Shown: piece by piece, positions 9,610 to 19,152 of the stretch
Numbering within the stretch: the first letter of the stretch is position 1
Layout of the letters: each line of letters starts with the position of its first letter
Assembly (NCBI GenBank): GCA_946554325.1
Contig: CAMNSB010000003.1
Coordinates: forward strand, 1 to 47,111
DNA: 47,111 nucleotides
Source of the DNA: an uncultured Mycoplasmatota bacterium
Lineage (GTDB): Bacteria > Bacillota_I > Bacilli_A > RF39 > UBA660
Direction of reading: 5' to 3'
The notes under the pieces: generated by a model
Databases searched by the model: none
What the model was told of the DNA's origin: nothing
Seen by the model: the letters and a program-made list of their open reading frames with translations, nothing else
Position numbers and translations under genes: made by a program

Positions 9610-10647
9610 ATGATAATCATGTTTAATAGACTGTATGAAAAAGTAAAAACAATTATGAAAGAAAACTACAAAGGTGCTCTTCTTTTATTACTATTATATG
9701 GGGTATTGATGTACCCACTAGACTATTATATTGTAACAGGTGGTGGAACGATTGATACGAAAAATAGAGTTCAGATAAAAAATAGTTATAAGCAAAAGGG
9801 CAGTTTGCACCTAGCTTATGTAGAAGAATTAAAAGGAAATGTAGCGACCTACTTGTTAAGTTATATCATTCCTCATTGGGAAAGAACGAGCGCTAATCTT
9901 TATAAAATAGAAGATAAAGAGGATATAGCATCAGTTGATTTTAGAAGCCGACTAGAACTAGAAGAATCGATTAATGCAGCAATTAAAGTCTCTTATGAAA
10001 AGGCAAATAAAAAGTTCGTTATAGAAAATGAACATATCTATATTATTTATGTCAGTGAAAAAAATGATAAAAATTTAAAGGTAGGGGATGAATTAAAATT
10101 AGTAGCAGGGGAAAAAATAAAAGATTTAGATGCTTTAAGGGAAATGATTGAAACTTATGAAGTAGGGGATAAAGTAAAACTTACAATCTTAAGAGACAAA
10201 AAAGAAAAAGAAGTAGAAGCAGAAGTCTATCTAGAAGAAGGAAGAAAAATATTAGGAATTAGTATTATTAAAAGCTATGACTATAAAACAGATCCAGAGT
10301 TAAAACTCATTTTTAATAAAAGTGAGTCAGGTCCCTCTGGGGGTATGATGTTATCCCTTGATATCTACAACAAATTAACCAAAAAAGATATTACAAAAGG
10401 CTATAAAATTGTAGGAACAGGAACGATAGATGAAAAAGGAAAAGTTGGTGAAATTGGTGGTGTTGAGTATAAACTAATGGGTGCTGTAAAAGAAAAAGCA
10501 GACATCTTTATAGCACCATCTGGTAGTAATTACAAAGAGGCAAAAAAAATAGCCAAAAAGAAAAAATACAAAATAAAAATAATAGAAGCAAAAACTATAG
10601 ATAACGTATTAGAAGAACTTGAAAAGTTACCAAATAAAAAGAAGTAA
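9610..10647 (+). CDS. ylbL: PDZ + Lon-like (S16) protease YlbL
   Basis: N-terminal TM, PDZ-like centre, GPSGG catalytic Ser, GTGTI...GEIGGV.YK; the start may be 9619. Confidence 0.85.
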   Translation: MIIMFNRLYEKVKTIMKENYKGALLLLLLYGVLMYPLDYYIVTGGGTIDTKNRVQIKNSYKQKGSLHLAYVEELKGNVATYLLSYIIPHWERTSANLYKIEDKEDIASVDFRSRLELEESINAAIKVSYEKANKKFVIENEHIYIIYVSEKNDKNLKVGDELKLVAGEKIKDLDALREMIETYEVGDKVKLTILRDKKEKEVEAEVYLEEGRKILGISIIKSYDYKTDPELKLIFNKSESGPSGGMMLSLDIYNKLTKKDITKGYKIVGTGTIDEKGKVGEIGGVEYKLMGAVKEKADIFIAPSGSNYKEAKKIAKKKKYKIKIIEAKTIDNVLEELEKLPNKKK

Positions 10648-10670
10648 AACATAAGTGGAGGATTTACAAT

Positions 10671-13232
10671 ATGAAAAGAAGTACCGTAGATAGAAGCAAA
10701 CTTTCTCCTATGATGATGCAATATATGGAGATAAAAGATCAATATGAAGACTCCATCATCTTTTTTCGATTGGGAGATTTTTATGAAATGTTTTTTGAAG
10801 ATGCTATTACTTGCAGTCGAGAACTCGAACTCACTCTAACAGGCAAACAAGCAGGCCTAGAAGAGAAAGTTCCCATGTGTGGAGTTCCACATCATGCATA
10901 TAGTAGCTACATCGATACCTTAATTAATAAAGGTTATAAGGTAGCCATTTGTGAGCAAATTGATGATCCGAAAACAACAAAAGGAATGGTAAGAAGAGAA
11001 GTCATTCAAGTAGTAACAAAAGGAACAAGACTGGATGAAAGACTAGATGCGAAAGACCACAACTTCATCGCTAGCCTCTACGACTTTGGATACTGTTTTT
11101 CCCTTAGCTATGCTGATATTACAACAGGAGAGTTTTTCTCTGAACTATTCACAAAAGATAGCGACAAAGTTATACGTGAAATTACCAAATTATCCTTCCA
11201 GGAAATCATTGTAAATGATGAAATGGACCGAGAACTAATCAATACCCTACGCACTAGATATCAAATACTAGTAACAATTAGAAAAGAGGAATTAAAAAAT
11301 AATCTCTATTCCTATATTTATGAAGAAATAGACGATGAGCGTGTTATTACAAATATTAACCACCTTTTGTCCTATTTATTAGATACAAAGAAAAAAGAAC
11401 TAACACACTTGCAAAAATGTATTTTTATACACGAGCAAGACCATCTATTATTTGATGCCAGTACAAAAAAAAATTTAGAGCTAACAGAAACCATGCGAGC
11501 AGGGGAAAGGCAATATAGTCTTTTATGGCTACTAGATAAAAATAAAACCGCAATGGGAAGTAGATATTTAAAATATAATATCGAAAATCCTCTAACTAAC
11601 AAAAAAGAGTTAACTCGTCGCTATGACATGGTAGAAAAACTATCTACAGAGTTTATATTGAGGGATGACTTAATTAAATGTCTAGATAAAGTGTATGACC
11701 TAGAACGACTTGCCGGAAGAATTAGTTACGGAAACCTAAATGCTCGCGACATGTTACAATTAAAAACCTCCCTCCAAGCGCTGCCTGAATTAAAAAGAAT
11801 ACTAGAAGAGTTAGCCTATGATAAAAAAATAGAACCATTAGAAGAAGTAGCATCACTACTGGAAAAAGCAATAGCAGAAGAAGCCCCATTTTCTCTCCAC
11901 GAAGGAGGTCTACTAAAACCAGGATATAACAGTGAACTAGATAATCTTCGAAGTATTCGTAGTGGGTCCAAAGATTTTATTTTGGAACTAGAACAAAAAG
12001 AGCGTGAAAAAACTGGAATTAAAGGCCTAAAAGTAGGATTTAATAAAGTGTTTGGCTACTATATCGAGGTAAGTAAAGCAAATAAAGATTTAATTAAAGA
12101 TGAATTTGGATACGATAGAAAACAAACACTGGCTAATTGCGAGAGATTTATTACAAAAGAGTTAAAAGAAAAAGAAAATATAATCCTAGGTGCAGAGGAA
12201 AAAATTATCAGTTTAGAATATAAGTTATTTATGGATATCCGTGAAGTAGTAAAGCGCTATATCGATACCATTCAACAACAAGCCAAAATTATAAGTGAAA
12301 TAGATATGTTACAAGCATTTTCCTTTGTCTCAGAACAAGGAAAATATGTACGTCCCAACCTAACAGAAGACCATGCCCTAGAACTTATCGCCTGTAGACA
12401 TCCTGTTATAGAAAAAGTAATGAAAGATAAATATATTAGTAATGATGTATTAATGGATAAAACAACGAATATCTTACTAATCACAGGACCCAACATGGCC
12501 GGGAAGTCTACCTTTATGAGACAAACTGCCATTACCGTGATTATGGCCCAAATTGGCTGTTTTGTTCCTTGTTCGAAATGCAAAATGCCCATATTTAATA
12601 AAATATTTACAAGAATAGGGGCAAGTGATGACCTAGTTAGCGGTGAATCTACCTTTATGGTAGAAATGAAAGAAGCCAATTACGCGCTCCAAGAAGCAGA
12701 TGAAAACAGCCTTATTTTATTTGATGAGTTAGGAAGGGGAACAGCAACATATGATGGTATGAGCTTAGCACAAGCAATTCTTGAATATATCCATGATAAA
12801 ATAAAAGCCAAGACATTATTTTCTACTCATTATCATGAGCTAACTATCCTAGAAAAAGATTTAAAAGAGCTAAAAAATGTCCATGTATCCGCTATCGAAG
12901 AAAAAGGGAAACTTACATTTTTACATAAAGTAAAACCAGGTGCTGTGGATAAAAGTTATGGTATCCATGTTGCATCCCTTGCCTCCCTCCCAGATTCTTT
13001 AGTATCTAGAGCACTAGATATTCTAAATGTATATGAACATAAAAATGTAAAAAAGGAAACCTTTACTCAAACCTCTTTATTTTCCCAATTAGAAGAAGAA
13101 ATAGAAAAACAAGAAGAGAAGGAAAATCTAGTCGAAAAGAAAATCAAAGAGTGTAATCCATTAGAAATGACACCAATTGATGCACTAAACTTTATCTATG
13201 AATTACAAAAAGAAATGAAAAACAAAGAATAG
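10671..13232 (+). CDS. mutS: DNA mismatch repair protein MutS
   Basis: FFRLGDFYEMF, TGPNMAGKST, SGESTFMVEM, DELGRGT and FSTHYHEL. Confidence 0.98.
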   Translation: MKRSTVDRSKLSPMMMQYMEIKDQYEDSIIFFRLGDFYEMFFEDAITCSRELELTLTGKQAGLEEKVPMCGVPHHAYSSYIDTLINKGYKVAICEQIDDPKTTKGMVRREVIQVVTKGTRLDERLDAKDHNFIASLYDFGYCFSLSYADITTGEFFSELFTKDSDKVIREITKLSFQEIIVNDEMDRELINTLRTRYQILVTIRKEELKNNLYSYIYEEIDDERVITNINHLLSYLLDTKKKELTHLQKCIFIHEQDHLLFDASTKKNLELTETMRAGERQYSLLWLLDKNKTAMGSRYLKYNIENPLTNKKELTRRYDMVEKLSTEFILRDDLIKCLDKVYDLERLAGRISYGNLNARDMLQLKTSLQALPELKRILEELAYDKKIEPLEEVASLLEKAIAEEAPFSLHEGGLLKPGYNSELDNLRSIRSGSKDFILELEQKEREKTGIKGLKVGFNKVFGYYIEVSKANKDLIKDEFGYDRKQTLANCERFITKELKEKENIILGAEEKIISLEYKLFMDIREVVKRYIDTIQQQAKIISEIDMLQAFSFVSEQGKYVRPNLTEDHALELIACRHPVIEKVMKDKYISNDVLMDKTTNILLITGPNMAGKSTFMRQTAITVIMAQIGCFVPCSKCKMPIFNKIFTRIGASDDLVSGESTFMVEMKEANYALQEADENSLILFDELGRGTATYDGMSLAQAILEYIHDKIKAKTLFSTHYHELTILEKDLKELKNVHVSAIEEKGKLTFLHKVKPGAVDKSYGIHVASLASLPDSLVSRALDILNVYEHKNVKKETFTQTSLFSQLEEEIEKQEEKENLVEKKIKECNPLEMTPIDALNFIYELQKEMKNKE

Positions 13233-13256
13233 TTTTCTATATGCCAAAATTTACCA

Positions 13257-13285
13257 TTGGAAAGTTGTACCTAATTAGGTACAAT
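13257..13285 (+). promoter_or_regulatory. SigA-like promoter overlapped by a perfect 20-bp palindromic operator
   Basis: TTGGAA-17 nt-TACAAT; TTGTACCTAATTAGGTACAA at 13265-13284 is a perfect palindrome. Confidence 0.7.
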
Positions 13286-13303
13286 AGGTATGAGGTGAAG
13301 AAA

Positions 13304-13918
13304 ATGGGAAGATATTTTGCAAATGGACTATTAACTACTCTTATAATAAAAAAGAATAAAAGTGGTTTTATAGATCGTAATTTTGATTTAAAAAAGGAAC
13401 TAGATAATATTTTAAAAGATATCTCAAGTGTAATTGACGTTTCACTGTATGAGATAATAGAAGAAAATGAGGAAAAGTGCATATTGTCATTGAAGACTTC
13501 TGTTGTTAATGATAACATACACGAATTACTTCAAGAGTTATTTCCTTTAACGAGACCTAATACTTATGGCTTTTGTGATTTGAAAAGGACATCCGATAAA
13601 GAAATGATAATGAATTATTCTATTAAAGCTGAAAGACGATTGGATAAATTTTCAAAAAAAGATGAAATCTACACAATAATAGTTGGAAGTGCTGAAAACA
13701 CAGAAGATTTTCACTACTTTCCACTTTATTGGCTTATCAGTGATAAGAGAATTTATAACAACACAACGATTTATGGTGCAACAATATTACTGTGGATCGA
13801 TTGTAATAAATACTGTGGAGAAGATGAATATAATATGTTAAGGGTTATTAATGAGCTAAAAACAAAATACTATCAAAGTAAATTATCGAAAGCATTGATT
13901 TACTACATTACGGAGTGA
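13304..13918 (+). CDS. Hypothetical protein
   Basis: GAGGTG RBS before ATG 13304; no recognised motif. Confidence 0.75.
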   Translation: MGRYFANGLLTTLIIKKNKSGFIDRNFDLKKELDNILKDISSVIDVSLYEIIEENEEKCILSLKTSVVNDNIHELLQELFPLTRPNTYGFCDLKRTSDKEMIMNYSIKAERRLDKFSKKDEIYTIIVGSAENTEDFHYFPLYWLISDKRIYNNTTIYGATILLWIDCNKYCGEDEYNMLRVINELKTKYYQSKLSKALIYYITE

Positions 13919-13922
13919 TTAT

Positions 13923-14189
13923 TTGAAAAAAGAACAAATAGAAGAGTTTAAGAATAGAGAACAGTTTTTACTTGATTTAGAGTATCAGCTAATTACAGAT
14001 TTTATTAAAATCAGAAAAGAAAATGGACTTAGTCAAAAAGAGTTGGGAAAAGCATCTGAAACAATTAGAGAAACCATCGCTAAAATTGAAAATAAAATTG
14101 TTTCTCCACAAGTAGATACATTAATCAAAATTTTATATCCCCTAGGATATACGATAAAAATAGAAAAAATAGAAGATGAAAATAATTAA
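13923..14189 (+). CDS. XRE-family helix-turn-helix protein (HigA-like antitoxin/regulator)
   Basis: IRKENGLSQKELG...IAKIEN...PQVDTLIKIL.PLGY; TTG start. Confidence 0.85.
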   Translation: MKKEQIEEFKNREQFLLDLEYQLITDFIKIRKENGLSQKELGKASETIRETIAKIENKIVSPQVDTLIKILYPLGYTIKIEKIEDENN

Positions 14190-14206
14190 GAAAATCATCA
14201 AAAGTT

Positions 14207-14246
14207 TGAGCTTACCTAACGGACCAGAATAAGCTCATTTTTTTTG
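14207..14246 (+). terminator. Intrinsic terminator
   Basis: TGAGCTTA...TAAGCTCA followed by a T-run. Confidence 0.6.
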
Positions 14247-14380
14247 ATAACTATTTTATTAAAGGGGATAGCGAAATTTGATGAACAAATACTGTTTTAG
14301 CTAGCAACTTGCTAGGTTGCGAACATAGTCTGCCGTATGTTATACTTAAAATGAAAATGCATTGAAGATATATAATAATC

Positions 14381-14437
14381 TGTCGAATTTTGTTCCTACT
14401 TCTAGGAATTGTAATCACTTTTTTTAACTGATATACT
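14381..14437 (+). promoter_or_regulatory. SigA promoter with upstream Spo0A-type box
   Basis: TGTCGAA (0A box consensus TGNCGAA) at 14381-14387; TTGTAA-17 nt-TATACT with extended -10 TG. Confidence 0.55.
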
Positions 14438-14474
14438 GTCCTTAAGTAAAGCATAGGTAATAGGAGGGATATTG

Positions 14475-14846
14475 ATGAAAAAAACATTTAAATATTTGTG
14501 CATTGCTTTAATGATAACAGGAATTTTAGCAGGAGTTGGAGTTTCTGCAATATCTGTTAATTATGTAGATTTAAAAATTCCTGCATTTCAACAATTATAC
14601 ACAAGTGCAACTAAGAAAAAGACATCTGATAATAGACAAAAAATGAGACAAGTAGCTGCATCACACGCTGTTCGAGCAAAAATTTTTACTGATAGTGGAT
14701 ATACTAGATACGAACAACTAGTAACAGATAAAGATGTAACTTTTGGTGGTAATTCTGCTACTCCAGGAGACACCTGGTTTGTTATGCAAACCGTTGGAGT
14801 ACAACTTACTTCTACATCTTTTTATGGTAACTGGTTTGTAGATTAA
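14475..14846 (+). CDS. Small secreted protein (DUF2712-like, C-terminal G-x-W-x-x-D)
   Basis: Sec signal peptide ending VSA; beta-rich basic mature part ending FYGNWFVD; strong AGGAGG RBS. Confidence 0.7.
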   Translation: MKKTFKYLCIALMITGILAGVGVSAISVNYVDLKIPAFQQLYTSATKKKTSDNRQKMRQVAASHAVRAKIFTDSGYTRYEQLVTDKDVTFGGNSATPGDTWFVMQTVGVQLTSTSFYGNWFVD

Positions 14847-14961
14847 TCTATAAATAACCTATGCTTTGCGATATAATATGGTAAAAAAGTCTTTGCTCTG
14901 AAAAATAAATCTATCCTTTATAGTTATGAATCTAAATAGAGTAAAGGGAAAGGAAACGATA

Positions 14962-15852
14962 ATGAAAATATTAAAAAATAATAAAACTTTTTTGTTAAGC
15001 ATCACGATTCTTTTAGGCTTATTAATGTTTAGTTTCTATCAATATTATAGAATGTATAATGATGATGTTAAAAGATATAATGAAACAACAGAAAAATGTA
15101 AACTAGATTTCTCTTTAGAAATCTGCAAGGAAAATAAAAAGCCTATACACTATGATACTTTGACGTTGTTTTTTGATATTTTCACAATTGAAAGCCTATA
15201 TTGGCTTCAATTAATTGGCTGTATTTTTGTGATAGTCCCTGCAATATGGAGATTTCATAAAAGACATAAAAATGGTTTTTTCAAGAATTGTTTACTGAGG
15301 GAAAACTATAAAGAATATTTAAAAAAAGAATTTAGATATGCATATATGGCATCATTTATACTTCCACTTTTGGCATTATTAGGCTTTGTATTATGCTATA
15401 TAGTATCAGGCTTCAGTTTCGATCATTCTCCTACCATAGAATGCTATGGTAAATATATTCCAACATTTAATTCTAAATATCTTTCAATGGGAATACTATT
15501 CCCAATATTATATATATTAAATTTGTTCTTTCATAGTATTTTTTATATTAATTTAGGTTTAATTTCTTGTAAAAAAAATAAGAACATTTTGGTAGCAATT
15601 TTAGTTACATTTATACTTTTTATTGGTATGAATATATTATGTGAAATTGTAATTGGAGGTTTTGTTTTTGAGGGAATGTTAGGAATTGCAAAGGCTTCTA
15701 ATATTTTTAATATTTTCAACATATGGGCATATAGTGACACCACACTCAGTTGGATGTTGCTACTCGGATTTTTGTTAGCATTCGGATCTTTTGGAATGTT
15801 AATGATGACATATCGAGACAAAGAGGAAGTGATTATAGAAAGTGAAAAATAA
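14962..15852 (+). CDS. ABC-2-like multi-pass membrane protein
   Basis: About 6 hydrophobic segments; operon with ABC ATPase. Confidence 0.7.
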   Translation: MKILKNNKTFLLSITILLGLLMFSFYQYYRMYNDDVKRYNETTEKCKLDFSLEICKENKKPIHYDTLTLFFDIFTIESLYWLQLIGCIFVIVPAIWRFHKRHKNGFFKNCLLRENYKEYLKKEFRYAYMASFILPLLALLGFVLCYIVSGFSFDHSPTIECYGKYIPTFNSKYLSMGILFPILYILNLFFHSIFYINLGLISCKKNKNILVAILVTFILFIGMNILCEIVIGGFVFEGMLGIAKASNIFNIFNIWAYSDTTLSWMLLLGFLLAFGSFGMLMMTYRDKEEVIIESEK

Positions 15853-16603
15853 AATAGAGATTTTAAAGTATATTTTTAAGACAGATATTTTCAAGTTAAT
15901 TATTATTCTTTCTATAGGAGTAGGCTTATTTGCTGGTAATTATTTAACAGGATTAACTATTCCTAATTCTCCCAAAGGATATTTCGCTAGTCTTTCTAAT
16001 ATATATACATCTCAAACCTTTCACACTATTTTCTTGGTAATACTACTAATTAATAGCCTGTATACATTAAAAACATTTGAAAAATTAGATTTTTATATTA
16101 TACGCATAAAGAATAAAAAAAAATATATAAAAGAACTTATCAGCCTAGTAACAATCTCCAATATTTCTATTATTTTATTAGAACTTGGCATAATATTATG
16201 CTGTCTAAATATCAATAGTAGTTTTTCACTAGGAATAGTAAAACATAGTATATATAACATTTCCAATATTCAATATATCTTATTCTTTTTTACAAGATAT
16301 ATGATTATTACAGTAATTCTATCCAATATAAATATACTTTTATTAAAACTATTTAATAAAATATTTGTTTTAATAGTAGATATTTCTTTCTTAACATCTT
16401 TATTCTTTATTCCATATGATACTAGGATCCTTAATTCTGTTCAAAATCTACCTTTATTTCCTCAAAAATATTATCTTCCACTACACTGTTCTAGTTTTTC
16501 CTTAGAAATTGTGATGTCAATTTCAATCATTTTTATACTCGTACTTGTTCTCTACACAGTTTCAACCATAGTATGCCATAAAACGAAACAGGTGATCGAA
16601 TAA
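15842..16603 (+). CDS. ABC-2-like multi-pass membrane protein
   Basis: Hydrophobic, very AT-rich, overlapping start/stop. Confidence 0.7.
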   Translation: MKNKIEILKYIFKTDIFKLIIILSIGVGLFAGNYLTGLTIPNSPKGYFASLSNIYTSQTFHTIFLVILLINSLYTLKTFEKLDFYIIRIKNKKKYIKELISLVTISNISIILLELGIILCCLNINSSFSLGIVKHSIYNISNIQYILFFFTRYMIITVILSNINILLLKLFNKIFVLIVDISFLTSLFFIPYDTRILNSVQNLPLFPQKYYLPLHCSSFSLEIVMSISIIFILVLVLYTVSTIVCHKTKQVIE

Positions 16604-17292
16604 TGAGATATTTAATAACAAATGATTTACAATATATAAAGAGAAATAAAGTTAAATTATTATTATATTGTCTTGTGGCATTATTTATAGGAATATTTTT
16701 TAAATTATCAACTGGTTATCTAAAAAGCAATTATACTTTTTATTCTGCTTTGGGTTTAAAATTTGAAAGTACTGATATAATTGCTTTATTAATATTTTTA
16801 ATTCAGCAAATTGTATTAGTTATACTAGCAATAGATATCATAGAAAAAGATATATCTAATAATATGGCAAATATATTTCTAAGAATGAATATGACAAAAT
16901 GGATTATATCTAAAATTGCGATAATAATCATATTGAGTTTAATATTAAAAGCAATTATATATATCTTTGCTATAAATATTGATTTGTTAATGAATAATTC
17001 TTATTATATAAATAATTGGAGATATGTAATTATTTGGTATGCTAAAGATAATTTAATTACTTTATTTAACTGTTTATGTTCTTTAATACTTTATATAATA
17101 ACATTAAGTCATAAAAACAAAATGCTCTTTATAATTGTAATAGGAATGACTCTTTTCCTATATAATACTAGATTTGATTTTTTTAAAATGAAATTTACAT
17201 TCATAATGCTGACTATTATTATGTTAGACATTTTAATCATCATGCTATTAAGAGTAAAAAGAAAAGAAATTTTAGAGGTGAAATTAATATGA
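16603..17292 (+). CDS. ABC-2-like multi-pass membrane protein
   Basis: Hydrophobic; TAATG coupling with the previous gene. Confidence 0.7.
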   Translation: MRYLITNDLQYIKRNKVKLLLYCLVALFIGIFFKLSTGYLKSNYTFYSALGLKFESTDIIALLIFLIQQIVLVILAIDIIEKDISNNMANIFLRMNMTKWIISKIAIIIILSLILKAIIYIFAINIDLLMNNSYYINNWRYVIIWYAKDNLITLFNCLCSLILYIITLSHKNKMLFIIVIGMTLFLYNTRFDFFKMKFTFIMLTIIMLDILIIMLLRVKRKEILEVKLI

Positions 17293-17924
17293 AATTAAAA
17301 GTTAATAAATTATCAAAAAAATTTAAGGAAGAAGTAATTCTAAATAATTGTTCATGTTCCTTTGAAGAGGGGAAAATTTATGGATTAGTTGGGAGAAATG
17401 GAAGTGGAAAGAGTGTGTTTTTAAAAATTATATGTGGTTTTTACACACCAACTTCTGGAGAAATAACTATGGATGATTATAATTATATTGCACATAATGA
17501 ATTTCCCAAAGATACCCGTGCTTTGATTGAAAAAAATAATTTTCTCTCTGATTTGAGTGGCTATGATAACTTAAAGCTTTTATCGTCCATACAAAATAAA
17601 ATTTCTGATGAAGAAATTATAGAAACTTTAAAACAAGTGGGACTTTCTGAATATAAAGATAAAAAGTTTAACACCTATTCATTAGGAATGAAACAAAAAT
17701 TAGGTATTGCTCAAGTTCTAATGGAAAACCCTAAATTGATGATTTTAGATGAACCTTTTAATGGTATTGATGAAAAATCAGTAGAAAGGTTGCGAGAGTT
17801 ATTATTAAAAAAGAAAAAGGAAGGACATCTCATTATTATTTCATCCCACATTAAAGAAGATATAGAATATTTGGCAGATGTTATTTATAAATTTGATAAC
17901 GGTAAAATAATCCAAAGTAAATAA
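17289..17924 (+). CDS. ABC transporter ATP-binding protein
   Basis: GRNGSGKS, YSLGMKQK, ILDEPFNGID and SSH. Confidence 0.95.
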   Translation: MKLKVNKLSKKFKEEVILNNCSCSFEEGKIYGLVGRNGSGKSVFLKIICGFYTPTSGEITMDDYNYIAHNEFPKDTRALIEKNNFLSDLSGYDNLKLLSSIQNKISDEEIIETLKQVGLSEYKDKKFNTYSLGMKQKLGIAQVLMENPKLMILDEPFNGIDEKSVERLRELLLKKKKEGHLIIISSHIKEDIEYLADVIYKFDNGKIIQSK

Positions 17925-18026
17925 GAAAACAATTTATTAATAATTAAGTATTGTAATATATGAAGAGGCAGTAGAAATATATAGTATTTTTAGTGTCTCT
18001 TTTTTGATTTTAAGAGGAGTACAAGA

Positions 18027-18251
18027 ATGGAAGAAGAATTATACTATGGAAAAATTGCTATAAAGCTAAAAGATATTATGGAGCAAAAACAAATATCTAT
18101 TTATAAATTAAGTAAAATGACACATTTAAAATATGAAATTATTAAAAAATATTATACAAATGAAATTAGTCGATATGACGATAATACTTTAATAAAATTA
18201 TGTTATTTCTTAAATTGTAATATTAGCGATTTGATTGTGTATAAAAAATAA
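18027..18251 (+). CDS. Cro/C1-type HTH (HTH_26-like) regulator
   Basis: IKLKDIMEQKQISIYKLSK...LIKLCYFLNCNISDLI; GAGGAG RBS. Confidence 0.85.
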   Translation: MEEELYYGKIAIKLKDIMEQKQISIYKLSKMTHLKYEIIKKYYTNEISRYDDNTLIKLCYFLNCNISDLIVYKK

Positions 18252-18401
18252 AATGTAAAATTAAATAGTATACTGAATTATTACTACTTATTATCAATAA
18301 ATATAATAAAGTGGAATTTTCAATAAAATTGAAGGTGAATAATTGTTTAACAAAATAAGCATTTTATAATATAATATGCTAGAAATTGAAAGGAGAATTA
18401 T

Positions 18402-18977
18402 ATGGCAGGATTAAGAAAATTTGACGGTAGTTTATCATTAGATGGAGTTGTTAATTTCTTAGAAACTACTCAACAAGCAACAAGTTTAGAAAACTATAAT
18501 TGTACGATAGATGAGAATCGTTTTACTGCAATTTTAGATGATAACTCTCTTGCGTCAAGAGAACAACCAAACGAAATTGCACTAGAAAAGGACGCAGAAA
18601 GAGTAACAATTTGTACTAGTACTAATTTTGAAGACTCACGTAGGAGTTTAGGAAATTATATGGGTTTAGAAATAGAAGAAACTAAAAATATAGCAATGAA
18701 TGAGAAAACAACAATTACTTATGAAGAGTTTATCAATGTAGTTAAAAATACTCAAAAACAAATTAGTTGGTATACTACAACAGGAGGCGAAAAAGAGGAA
18801 TATTATGACTATTCATCTAGTGAAACATTACCTCTTGATTCAAGTTTAGCACTACATGATAGATTGATGACAAATGAAGAATATCGTCTTCGCACTATGT
18901 ATGAGTATTGGCATAATACAAGAGGGAACAGAAATAATCATGCAACGGGAAAAACATATAGTAAGACTGTACGCTAA
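18402..18977 (+). CDS. Hypothetical protein, acidic body with basic C-terminal tail
   Basis: GAAAGGAG RBS; own terminator hairpin at about 18976-18998. Confidence 0.8.
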   Translation: MAGLRKFDGSLSLDGVVNFLETTQQATSLENYNCTIDENRFTAILDDNSLASREQPNEIALEKDAERVTICTSTNFEDSRRSLGNYMGLEIEETKNIAMNEKTTITYEEFINVVKNTQKQISWYTTTGGEKEEYYDYSSSETLPLDSSLALHDRLMTNEEYRLRTMYEYWHNTRGNRNNHATGKTYSKTVR

Positions 18978-19152
18978 AAGCATTTATTGCTTTTTTTCTT
19001 TTGGCTAATTTTTAAAATAAATGTGTCTCTCATAAATTAGAGGGTATGCTTAGAAAAAACTCAGGCATTCAAATTTATTTTGAATTTGGTACTTTAACTA
19101 TTTTATTATAGACAATACTGTGATAAAATAATAAGAAAGACAAGGAGAAAAT

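Noticed and set aside
13232-13304. Absence of mutL after mutS as evidence of mismatch-repair loss
   Set aside because: mutL may be elsewhere in the genome; this cannot be judged from one window.
14251-14487. 78-aa minus-strand ORF upstream of the secreted-protein cassette
   Set aside because: It overlaps the promoter, RBS and start of the plus-strand gene and has no protein-like motif.
19046-19111. 21-codon ORF MLRKNSGIQIYFEFGTLTILL
   Set aside because: The SD-like GAGGG is too close to the ATG, and there is no supporting features or homology.
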